From an uncultured bacterium (GTDB taxonomy: Bacteria; UBP4; UBA4092), in NCBI GenBank assembly GCA_964644695.1, contig CAZXWN010000006.1:196-64195 (forward strand): DNA of 64,000 nt. The letters run 5' to 3'. Every line of letters starts with the position of its first letter. The stretch's first letter is position 1. The notes below the pieces were generated by a model. That model was not told where the DNA came from and did not search any database. It saw nothing but the letters and a program-made list of their open reading frames with translations. Positions 30,136 to 39,172 of this stretch are shown here, piece by piece. The position numbers were made by a program, and so were the translations under genes.

Positions 30136-31146
30136 ATGCCAAATCCTGAACATGAATCCATTGTCCGAGAATTGACCAGCCGAATCCGCACCTGGCGTAA
30201 AAAACACCCTGATGTACAACTGGACCTCCGGGAAGCCAGTCTGCAGGATGTAGAGATGCCCTATGCGGATTTACATGGAGCGGATCTGACCTCATCGGAC
30301 CTGTCGGTGGCGGATTTATCTCAATCGGATTTATCGGAAACCCTGCTGCGGTCTGCGAATTTGTTCGGGGCAAAACTTCGGGGTGCCCGATTGACTGGAG
30401 CCGATTTGTTCTCTGCGGATTTACGGGGTTCGGATTTACGGGATTGTGACCTGACCGGAGTTAATCTGATCGGGGCGGCATTGACCGGAGCGAAACTTCA
30501 GGGATGTAACTTCACTGACACACTGATGGGTTTTACAGCTTTGGGAGATGTCGATTTATCTGGGGCGATAGGACTCGAAACCGTCAAACATTACGGCCCG
30601 TCAATTATCGGATTTGATACCTTACACCGGTCCATGGGGAAAATCTCTCCCGTTTTCTTGGAAGGATGTGGTGTGTCTGCCGATTCATTCCGGGCTGCCG
30701 CCGAAACTTTATCCAAACTACCTTCGTATCTGACCTGCTATCTCCTGTTTACCGCAGACGGAAAAGACCTGGCGGATAAACTGGCTTCCAGTTTGAATCA
30801 AAAGAAAATCCGAATCTGGAAATGGCAGTCGGAAGATGAGAACTCTCCATTGGTGGCAGCGCTGGACCAGGCTATCGACTTGTACGATAAATTGATTCTT
30901 CTGGGAACCAAAGAATCCCTTGAGAATCCAGACATTATCAGAGAAATTGACCAGGCACTTAAGAAGGAAAAATCAAACGGGACTCGGATATTGTACCTGC
31001 TGGATGTGGACGGGTATGCGGCGGAACATTGGCAAGACCCCAAAGCACTCACTCTCCAGGCCCGGGGTATCATTGATTTTGCAAACTGGCAGGACGATTA
31101 CCGATACTTCAAATCTCTCGACCAGTTGACCTCACACCTTAAATAA
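30136..31146 (+). CDS. Pentapeptide-repeat protein with C-terminal TIR (TIR_2-like) domain
   Basis: ADLxx pentapeptides (ADLHG ADLTS SDLSV ADLSQ); C-terminal TIR-like pattern DQAIDLYDKLILL..REID..EK..RILYLL.VD. Confidence 0.8.
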   Translation: MPNPEHESIVRELTSRIRTWRKKHPDVQLDLREASLQDVEMPYADLHGADLTSSDLSVADLSQSDLSETLLRSANLFGAKLRGARLTGADLFSADLRGSDLRDCDLTGVNLIGAALTGAKLQGCNFTDTLMGFTALGDVDLSGAIGLETVKHYGPSIIGFDTLHRSMGKISPVFLEGCGVSADSFRAAAETLSKLPSYLTCYLLFTADGKDLADKLASSLNQKKIRIWKWQSEDENSPLVAALDQAIDLYDKLILLGTKESLENPDIIREIDQALKKEKSNGTRILYLLDVDGYAAEHWQDPKALTLQARGIIDFANWQDDYRYFKSLDQLTSHLK

Positions 31147-31229
31147 AAATATCTATTCCGACCCTCTTCCAGAAACGAAGAGGGTCCCTTATATCACCTC
31201 TCTTATCAGAATTTACAACTCTCCCCCGA

Positions 31230-31276
31230 ACGACTCACCCACGGACCTGCTCGGACTACCTCCGTGAATGATTCGC
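31230..31276. repeat. 47-bp palindromic intergenic repeat, copy 2
   Basis: acgactcacccacgga-cctgctcggactacc-tccgtgaatgattcgc. Confidence 0.8.
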
Positions 31277-31435
31277 TATAAAATCAGCGTTACTTATTGC
31301 ATGAAGTATATAGGGAAAAGGCTGTATTAGAAGTTTAAAACGCACAGGTTTTGTCGTGTAAAAGTTGAATAATTGATTTGGGATAATTATAATCTAAACA
31401 AAAGATATAAAACTAAATCATTGGGGTCGTGTGAT

Positions 31436-34400
31436 ATGAAACGATTATCATGTTTTATTCAAGGAAGTATTATTTTAACTTTTTGTTTAACGATTGTTTC
31501 TTCTGTCTGGAGTAGTCCTCAGGTAAAAGGAGTAAACCTTCCGCAATATTTCATTGAGAATCGTGGACAGGCAGACAGTCAAATAAGGTATTATTCTCCC
31601 AATGGGGATTTCTATTTCACTCCAGACGGGATTTTTACTCACCTGATAAAACGAGAATCCGTTACAGGTCAGGACTCGTCTTTGATTCATGAAAAACATG
31701 TCGTTTTGAAGAAACACTTTTTGAAGGCGAATACTTCCTGTGAAATAGTGGGTGAGAATGAGCTTCCCGGTAAAGTGAATTACTTTATTGGAAATGACTC
31801 CACCAAGTGGAAGACCCATCTAAAGACATTCAAACAAGTCAGATATAAGAATATCTATCCAGGAATTGACCTTGTCTATCATGGAAACAACGGTCCCACT
31901 GAATATGATTTAGTGATAAGTCCAGAAGCCCCTGTTTCCCAAATCGAATCTGTTATTGAAGGTGCGGATAAACTGGAATTATCTTCTGATGGAGATTTAT
32001 TAGTACATACTCCCCTGGGTATTCTGAAAGAGAAATCTCCCGTATCCTATCAGGAAAATGCTGGATTAAAACAGTCTGTCTCCAGCCACTTCTCTTTGTC
32101 CGCTCAGAATACGCTCTCGTTCTCTGTTTCTCAATATGATAAATCCAAAATTCTCGTAATAGATCCCTTGATATATTCCAGCTTCCTGGGGAATGGTGAT
32201 ACAACTGATATGTTTTCCAGTAAAGTCATCCTGGATTCTGATGATAACTACTATATTGCCGGAGTTACGATGTTCAACAACTTTTCCGTAACTCCCGGAG
32301 CTTATGATACAACTTATAGTGCAGGGCAGGATGGATTTATCACGAAAATCAATTCCTCAGGTTCGGCACTGATTTTTTCAACTTATCTGGGTGGTTCTTC
32401 TATGGACTACATTAGTGGAGTTACACTGGATACTTCCCGTAATATTTTTATGACAGGAACATCTCGTTCTTCAAATTTCCCCATTACTCCCGGTGCATTT
32501 GATTCAACTCTGAATTCTCAATTTGATGGTGATTATATTGTTGTAAAATTAAACGCCACAGGTTCATCTCTTATCTACTCAACCTTTATTGGGGGAAATA
32601 ATGATGATCAAGCCTATGGGATTGCTGTAGATTCTACAGGATGTGCCTATGTTGCTGGATTTACCCTGTCAACAGATTTTCCTCTGGTGTCGGCATTTGA
32701 TACAACCTGTGTCAATGGTGAAATAGGTGTATGCAAACTTAATAATACGGGAACCGCTCTGTTATATTCTTCATATCTGGGTGGGACAAGCTGGGATTCT
32801 GTCGCAGATCTCGTGCTTGATGCTAAAAATAATGCTTATATTACTGGGGTGACGTCTTCCACTGATTTCCCAATAACGAGTGGCGCTGCTGATTCTACTC
32901 ATAACGGGAATATGGATGTGTACTTAGCTATTATTGATTCCTATGGGGCACTGTCTTGCGCGAGTTTTATTGGGGGAAATAGTTCGGATATGGGGAATGC
33001 GATTGCCCTTGATAGTACGGGTAATATTTATATTGCCGGGGAAACAATGTCTAATAATTTCCCAACTACTTCCGGTGTCGTTGATCCAACTTTCGATTCA
33101 TATTCTGATGCTTTTATTGCAAAATTTAACCCCACAGGAACACAAATACTTTATTCCACTCTTCTAAGTGGAAATAATTCTGAAACTATTTATGACATGG
33201 TTGTGGATTCTGCGGGCAATGCGATTGTTACAGGAGGTACTAGTTCACCGAATTTCCTGGTGAGCAGTTATCCAATAGACAATACCCATAATGGTGATTT
33301 TGATGTTTTTGTCTCAAAGTTAAATTCAAATGGAACTGCCATACTCTATTCAACCTATATGGGTGACACTGGCAGAGATGTGGGGACGGGTATTACTCTC
33401 GACAGTCATGGAAATGCTTGTATTACAGGGTATACTTTGTCTCCGAATTTCACTATCACGGATAATGCTCTTGAATCCGCGTTTTCTCACCACTTTTTTG
33501 CCAAACTGTCATTGTATGATGTTCCACCCAATTCTCAGCCAGACATCTTCAAACTACCTGACCTGAAACTGTTTGTTGGTGAAAGTGTGGCAAACATAAT
33601 GGATTTGGAAAAATATAATGATGGATTAACGGGAGATTCTTACCAATTCCTTTCTAATTTCATGGGTTTGGAGAGCTTATCTGGCAGTACCGTATCTCAA
33701 AATGCTTACAGCAGTGCTACGGTTGGAAGTAATACCTATGTCATCAGTAATCTTTATGGGGCCTGTACGGTCAGTAATAAAGTGAAATACTCTACCTATA
33801 AATTAAGAAAACTTCCTGTTGTAGCTTTGAAACCGGGACAGTCTGAAACGATTGATCTTTCTGGATATTGTTATGGTGATTCAGGTACTACAACACCAGA
33901 AAGCTTCGGAAATCCTGACAGTATTTTTGAAAGTAATCCTTCTTTAGTGACGGGGAACTGGAATGGAAGTAATAAAGTTGTCATCAGCTCACTGGGTGGA
34001 TTTACCAGTGGTCAAGCCCGGATTGAAGTGGTCGCATCTACCGTTTCAACAGAACCGTTTGACGAAGATTATGATAAAGAACCTGTCCATGTCTATCCTG
34101 ATTTACTGAATGCTGGCTCCTTTACATCAAGTACTGATTTAACAAATCAGTTTGGAGTTGAGGGTATCGCTGGTTTGTCTCTTCCCACAATCGGATACCT
34201 CTCCACCGTAACCGATATTAAAGGAAAAGAACTCTCTGGAGTTATTTCTTTCGGATTTGTGGGGAATACCCAGGGTGTGAAACTGACCCCCAAGATTGAA
34301 AATATGGTATCTTGCGACTCTGACCAGTGGTGGACAGCTCGTGTCCGGGTTTATAGTCCTAATCCCGGGAATTCCATGGAAGCACAGGTATATAATTTCC

Positions 34401-35179
34401 GGGGAATTATTCCGGGAGACAGCGTGGTTGATTTAGGAGCTAATATTCTGTTTGGTGTCCCTACTGCCTGGAGTTGGATAGATATTCCCGTCTACACAAC
34501 GGCAACTGGAAAAGGGTATCCTCAAATTATCCTGAAGGGTGGGAGTGGTTCTGGAACGATTTACCTCCAATCGGTCCAATACTTCCAGGGAGTCCCGATT
34601 CTATTTGATGGGAATCGGGGTAATCATGATTCAAAATATCCTTATCGAAAACCCTCTACAATGAGTCAATTAAGCAGTGGTTGGGCAACTGGTGAGATGT
34701 ATGGGACTGAGACGCCGACAGGATTAGGATTCAGCATTGAAAGCAGTAGTTTGGTCTTGGATTACTCCGGAGCCGCTACCGGTAATAATCAGAAAGGTTC
34801 CAAGATAACAGCCAAGAAACCTGAAGGGGGCGTTTTTACCAGTCAGACTGTTCCTGGATACCAGGCGGGTATGAAGATGAAAGTGGAGAAATTATCCGGG
34901 AGTTTTAATACCTATGATGCGATTCTGTTGTTAGCCTGCTATGGAGTTCAAAGTGAGGGCGGTTATGATTTCTGGAGTCCCGGTGGACAATTGATCGCTT
35001 CTGCCCAGTTTGGGGATATAAGTGATGGATGGCACTGCCTCGCAGCTCCAGTCCGGAATTCCTGGCAACAATTCCAGTTTGTTACTAAAAACAGCCAGTC
35101 TGGGAAAATTAAAGTTCATGAAGTTGATTTCCTTCGTGACATGGATGACCCCTACTATGGCGATGGAAATTACTTTTAA
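31436..35179 (+). CDS. Large secreted SBBP beta-propeller repeat protein with unknown C-terminal region
   Basis: Signal peptide, FIENRGQ N-terminal domain, repeats of YxGG..D...IAxDSxGNxYxxGxTxSxxFP, about 550-aa unassigned C-terminus. Confidence 0.85.
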   Translation: MKRLSCFIQGSIILTFCLTIVSSVWSSPQVKGVNLPQYFIENRGQADSQIRYYSPNGDFYFTPDGIFTHLIKRESVTGQDSSLIHEKHVVLKKHFLKANTSCEIVGENELPGKVNYFIGNDSTKWKTHLKTFKQVRYKNIYPGIDLVYHGNNGPTEYDLVISPEAPVSQIESVIEGADKLELSSDGDLLVHTPLGILKEKSPVSYQENAGLKQSVSSHFSLSAQNTLSFSVSQYDKSKILVIDPLIYSSFLGNGDTTDMFSSKVILDSDDNYYIAGVTMFNNFSVTPGAYDTTYSAGQDGFITKINSSGSALIFSTYLGGSSMDYISGVTLDTSRNIFMTGTSRSSNFPITPGAFDSTLNSQFDGDYIVVKLNATGSSLIYSTFIGGNNDDQAYGIAVDSTGCAYVAGFTLSTDFPLVSAFDTTCVNGEIGVCKLNNTGTALLYSSYLGGTSWDSVADLVLDAKNNAYITGVTSSTDFPITSGAADSTHNGNMDVYLAIIDSYGALSCASFIGGNSSDMGNAIALDSTGNIYIAGETMSNNFPTTSGVVDPTFDSYSDAFIAKFNPTGTQILYSTLLSGNNSETIYDMVVDSAGNAIVTGGTSSPNFLVSSYPIDNTHNGDFDVFVSKLNSNGTAILYSTYMGDTGRDVGTGITLDSHGNACITGYTLSPNFTITDNALESAFSHHFFAKLSLYDVPPNSQPDIFKLPDLKLFVGESVANIMDLEKYNDGLTGDSYQFLSNFMGLESLSGSTVSQNAYSSATVGSNTYVISNLYGACTVSNKVKYSTYKLRKLPVVALKPGQSETIDLSGYCYGDSGTTTPESFGNPDSIFESNPSLVTGNWNGSNKVVISSLGGFTSGQARIEVVASTVSTEPFDEDYDKEPVHVYPDLLNAGSFTSSTDLTNQFGVEGIAGLSLPTIGYLSTVTDIKGKELSGVISFGFVGNTQGVKLTPKIENMVSCDSDQWWTARVRVYSPNPGNSMEAQVYNFRGIIPGDSVVDLGANILFGVPTAWSWIDIPVYTTATGKGYPQIILKGGSGSGTIYLQSVQYFQGVPILFDGNRGNHDSKYPYRKPSTMSQLSSGWATGEMYGTETPTGLGFSIESSSLVLDYSGAATGNNQKGSKITAKKPEGGVFTSQTVPGYQAGMKMKVEKLSGSFNTYDAILLLACYGVQSEGGYDFWSPGGQLIASAQFGDISDGWHCLAAPVRNSWQQFQFVTKNSQSGKIKVHEVDFLRDMDDPYYGDGNYF

Positions 35180-35201
35180 TTGTTTTTGATATAAATAATC
35201 T

Positions 35202-35240
35202 AAAGGGACAGGATTGATTCTCCTGTCCCTTTTATTTTTG
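35202..35240 (+). terminator. Intrinsic terminator
   Basis: aaagggacagga/tcctgtcccttt plus U-tract. Confidence 0.8.
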
Positions 35241-35290
35241 TGCCTCGATTGTTTGATGCTGTGCTTTCATAAGTCTTGAAGCAGACCCGG

Positions 35291-35320
35291 TTGACAGAGC
35301 CTCTGGATTCCCTATATACT
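35291..35320 (+). promoter_or_regulatory. Sigma70-type promoter for riboswitch-nrdDG
   Basis: TTGACA-18bp-TATACT, 8 bp before the riboswitch P1. Confidence 0.7.
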
Positions 35321-35328
35321 GACTCAAA

Positions 35329-35512
35329 GTATCGGTTCGCTTTTGTGATTAAAAAGCGTCCCAAGAGGGAATCCGGTGGAATTCCGGAACTGCCCCGCAG
35401 CGGTATTGAGGAACGAACACCGTCATTTAAGCACTGTTCCAGAAGGAATGGGAAGCGACGGTCAATAGTATAAAACCAGAATCAGCCTCTAAGTCCGAAG
35501 ACCTGCCGATAC
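35329..35512 (+). ncRNA. Cobalamin (AdoCbl) riboswitch
   Basis: P1 gtatcgg/ccgatac; core aagagggaatccggtggaattccggaactgccccgcagcggt; GGGAAG; B12-box-like aagtccgaagacctgcc. Confidence 0.92.
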
Positions 35513-35763
35513 AACGCAATTATATTGCGTAAGACGACTTGCAGCCTTCGCGGGAAGGGTCAGGACGAACAGGCCATCAGAAAGATACGCTATATTCTGG
35601 GGACCTCCTCCATCCTGAATTCATTATCCTTTTCCGTACGGTCTGCTCAATATTGCTCGAGGGGAGCAATGTCGTACGGAGTAAGCAGACAGGATATTTC
35701 GCTTCACTGTTATTCCGCGCACGATTCTATTCCTCCCCCGAAATAATACAGGAGAATTTTGCT

Positions 35764-37884
35764 ATGTCAGTACAGGAAAGAATGGAAGCCCCCGGATTTA
35801 CTTCATTAAGCCATGTCATAAAAAGGGATGGCCGTTGTGTTTCTTTTGAGTCAGAGAAAATAACTCGTGCCATACACAAGGCCAGCCGAGTTACAGGTGA
35901 GTTTGGAGAAGATGTTGCCAGAGAGTTGATGAAACAGGTCTTGTTGAAACTGAAGCAATCGTTATCAAAAGAGGCCCCTTCTGTAGAAGACATCCAGGAT
36001 ATTGTGGAAGATATTTTACTTTGTTCGGAATATAAGAAAACCGCAAAAGCCTATATTTTGTATCGTGAGCAGCATCGAAAGATAAGGGATTTAGTCCAGA
36101 AAGCGGATATGGACTTGATTGACAGTTATCTGGATCGATTGGATTGGCGAGTCAATGAAAACAGCAATATGGCCTATTCACTTCAGGGGTTAAACAATTA
36201 CATATCCAATCAAGTCACAGAAGTGTATTGGCTAAACAAGATTTATGATGAACCCACTCGTGAAGCCCATTTGTCAGGCGATTTCCATATTCATGATCTG
36301 GGTTTATTATCCGTTTATTGTGTTGGATGGGATTTACAGGATTTGCTTAGAACAGGATTTAAGGGCGCCTATGGAAAAGCGGAAAGCCGTCCTGCCCGCC
36401 ATTTCCGTTCTGCCTTGGGTCAGATAGTAAATTTCTTTTATACTCTTCAAGGTGAAGCTGCGGGGGCACAAGCCTTTTCCAGTCTAGATACTCTCCTGGC
36501 GCCTTTCATCCGATATGACCAGTTATCCTATAAAGATGTGAAACAGGCTATTCAGGAATTTGTGTTTAATTTGAATGTCCCGACAAGAGTAGGATTTCAA
36601 ACACCGTTTACGAATATCACCATGGATTTGTGTCCTCCCAGGATGTTGTGTGACCATCCGGTGATTGTGGGTGGTGAACTTCAAAAGGAAACCTATGGTG
36701 AATTTCAAGAAGAAATGAATCTTCTTAATAGAGCTTTTTTAGAAGTGATGTCTGAAGGTGATGCGAAAGGAAGAGTCTTCACCTTTCCTATCCCAACCTA
36801 TAACATTACGAGCGATTTTGATTGGGAATCTCCAGATATTGAGAATCTCTGGGAGGTCACTGGCCGATATGGAATTCCCTATTTTTCCAATTACATTAAT
36901 TCTGATATGTCTCCGGAAGATGCACGTTCCATGTGTTGCCGGTTACGGTTGGATACCCGCCAGTTAAATCGAAGGGGTGGTGGATTATTTGGTGCAAACC
37001 CTCTGACAGGTTCTATTGGTGTAGTTACATTGAATATGCCACGATTGGGTTTTGTATCCCAGGACGAACAGGATTTCATTAAGAAGCTGGATCATTTGAT
37101 GGTATTAGCCAGCGCAAGTCTGGAAGTAAAACGAAAGATTTTGGAAGTATTCACAGAGAAGAATTTATATCCATATACTCGGTTCTATTTGAGAGATATT
37201 AAACAACGGTTTGGCTGTTACTGGAAAAATCATTTTTCTACTATTGGACTTGTAGGAATGAATGAGGCTTGTATGAATCTCTTAGGCGTTGATATTGGAA
37301 GCACTGAAGGCCGGGAGTTCTCCTGCAGGGTGTTGGATTACATGCGGAACCGACTGGAGGATTTCCAGGAAGAAACAGGAAACCTCTATAATCTTGAAGC
37401 GACTCCAGCTGAAGGCGCCGGCTATAGACTGGCCCGTCTGGACACGGATAAGTATTCAGAAATATTGTTTGCGGATAATACTCCTGGTACAGAACCTTTT
37501 TATACTAATTCAACCCAACTTCCAGTAAATTATTCAAAAGATATCTTTAAAGTATTAGATCTGCAAGATGAGCTGCAAACAAAATACACAGGTGGTACAG
37601 TGCTGCATATGTTTATGGGTGAATCTGTTTCAGACCCAGCGGCAGTGCGCCAGTTTATTAAAAGGGTTTGTACACAATACAAGTTGCCTTATTTCACGAT
37701 GACTCCTTCATTTTCGATTTGTCCGAATCATGGGTACCTCATAGGTGAAGTGGAATCATGCCCAGAATGTTCAGTTCCAACAGAAATATATTCCCGAGTT
37801 GTGGGATATCTTCGACCCGTTAATCAGTGGAATTTAGGCAAAAAGGCAGAGTTTGCAATTCGCTCCCATTATCATATCGACTAA
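35764..37884 (+). CDS. nrdD: Class III anaerobic ribonucleoside-triphosphate reductase with ATP cone
   Basis: VIKRDG ATP cone, HIHDL, SMCCRL, EATPAE, CxxH..CxxC, glycyl radical RVVGYL; ATG 35764 behind GGAG. Confidence 0.96.
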   Translation: MSVQERMEAPGFTSLSHVIKRDGRCVSFESEKITRAIHKASRVTGEFGEDVARELMKQVLLKLKQSLSKEAPSVEDIQDIVEDILLCSEYKKTAKAYILYREQHRKIRDLVQKADMDLIDSYLDRLDWRVNENSNMAYSLQGLNNYISNQVTEVYWLNKIYDEPTREAHLSGDFHIHDLGLLSVYCVGWDLQDLLRTGFKGAYGKAESRPARHFRSALGQIVNFFYTLQGEAAGAQAFSSLDTLLAPFIRYDQLSYKDVKQAIQEFVFNLNVPTRVGFQTPFTNITMDLCPPRMLCDHPVIVGGELQKETYGEFQEEMNLLNRAFLEVMSEGDAKGRVFTFPIPTYNITSDFDWESPDIENLWEVTGRYGIPYFSNYINSDMSPEDARSMCCRLRLDTRQLNRRGGGLFGANPLTGSIGVVTLNMPRLGFVSQDEQDFIKKLDHLMVLASASLEVKRKILEVFTEKNLYPYTRFYLRDIKQRFGCYWKNHFSTIGLVGMNEACMNLLGVDIGSTEGREFSCRVLDYMRNRLEDFQEETGNLYNLEATPAEGAGYRLARLDTDKYSEILFADNTPGTEPFYTNSTQLPVNYSKDIFKVLDLQDELQTKYTGGTVLHMFMGESVSDPAAVRQFIKRVCTQYKLPYFTMTPSFSICPNHGYLIGEVESCPECSVPTEIYSRVVGYLRPVNQWNLGKKAEFAIRSHYHID

Positions 37885-37897
37885 GGAAACAGAATAT

Positions 37898-38527
37898 ATG
37901 GAAATTGGTGGATTCCTTCCATTCAGCCTTTGTGATTATCCGGGGAAAGTCGCCGCTGTTGTGTTTACTCAGGGGTGTAATTTTCGTTGTCCTTTTTGTC
38001 ATAACGGAGAATTAATCTCTTTAAGAAAGGAAACTCCATCGGAGTATTCTGAAGAATTGATTCTGAGCCGTTTACAATCGCGGTGTCATGTTTTGGATGG
38101 GGTTGTTGTGACCGGAGGCGAACCGACCATTCACCATGATTTATCTTTATTCCTTGAGAGGATTAAAGGAATTGGATTATCTGTAAAACTGGATACAAAT
38201 GGAAGTTGTCCTGATGTCTTGGAGGAAGTGATTCGGTTGAACTTGGTGGATTATATTGCGATGGATATAAAGTCTCCATGGGATAAATACGATTTATTAA
38301 CAGGGATTCAAGCTCCTCTGGAAAACATCCAGCGGAGCTTGAATATTATTATAAAATCTTCCATCCCCAGTGAATTTAGAACTACAGTTGTTCCGAAATG
38401 GCTTGGACCAGAAGACCTGGCGGTCATACAAGGTTATATCCCAACTGGAATTTTATATCGAAAACAGAAGTTTATTCCGACTCATGCCTTCTCGCCAGAA
38501 CTGCGAAATAATCACCATTGTTCGTAA
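37898..38527 (+). CDS. nrdG: Anaerobic RNR activating radical SAM protein
   Basis: DYPGK...GCNFRCPFCHN, GGEPT, KLDTNG; directly after nrdD. Confidence 0.92.
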   Translation: MEIGGFLPFSLCDYPGKVAAVVFTQGCNFRCPFCHNGELISLRKETPSEYSEELILSRLQSRCHVLDGVVVTGGEPTIHHDLSLFLERIKGIGLSVKLDTNGSCPDVLEEVIRLNLVDYIAMDIKSPWDKYDLLTGIQAPLENIQRSLNIIIKSSIPSEFRTTVVPKWLGPEDLAVIQGYIPTGILYRKQKFIPTHAFSPELRNNHHCS

Positions 38528-39021
38528 TGGACTCTTTCGGGATTATATCGGTCGGATGGTGGCTTATCTTCACCGGGATGTCCAAAGACCAGAAAGGCCA
38601 GCGGAACAATTCCTTCGGGGAGTTTGAATAATTTTAAGTAACTCTCGACTCGATGTTCTACCGGATAAATCCCAGTCCAGACGCCGCCCAATCCCATGCC
38701 ATGCGCGGCCAATAAGATATTCTCAATGGCGGCTGAACAATCCTGAACCCAGTATCCTGGATATTTTTGAAGTGCCAGCTCCCCACAAACCATAATTCCT
38801 AAAGGAGCCTGTCGCGCCATCTTTGCATACGGATTTATTTCGCCCAGCTGGTCTAGCTTTTCCCGGTCGGTTACAACGACAAAATGCCACGGTTGTTGAT
38901 TACCTGCTGAAGGAGCGGCCATCGCCGCTTTCAATAATGTGTTAATTTGGTCAGGAGTGATGTCTCCTGGTTTGTATTCCCGAATACTTCTACGGCTCAA
39001 GATACATTCAATCGCTTCCAT
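38512..39021 (-). CDS. Nitroreductase family protein
   Basis: RRSIREY, AAPSAGNQQPWHF, ENILLAAHGMGLG. Confidence 0.93.
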   Translation of the reverse strand: MEAIECILSRRSIREYKPGDITPDQINTLLKAAMAAPSAGNQQPWHFVVVTDREKLDQLGEINPYAKMARQAPLGIMVCGELALQKYPGYWVQDCSAAIENILLAAHGMGLGGVWTGIYPVEHRVESYLKLFKLPEGIVPLAFLVFGHPGEDKPPSDRYNPERVHYEQW

Positions 39022-39172
39022 AAAACATCCTCACTTTTACGATTATTTCCCCTATTTTATCAGACAGATTGAAAAATATATTATGTATCTGATTATGGTG
39101 AGCAATGTTCCATGTAAAATATAGAACTGTAATTGATTTTAAAGAATTCATATTCACTCTATTGGGATAAAA

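Noticed and set aside
35514-35530. acgcaattatattgcgt as an NrdR box
   Set aside because: One nucleotide too long for the 16-bp box; better explained as an RNA hairpin after riboswitch P1.
35539-35763. ORF-track N-terminal extension of nrdD
   Set aside because: It runs through the structured riboswitch leader. ATG 35764 has an RBS and lies just before the ATP cone.
38512-38527. Convergent overlap of nrdG and nitroreductase
   Set aside because: A 16-nt tail-to-tail overlap is common; no further signal.
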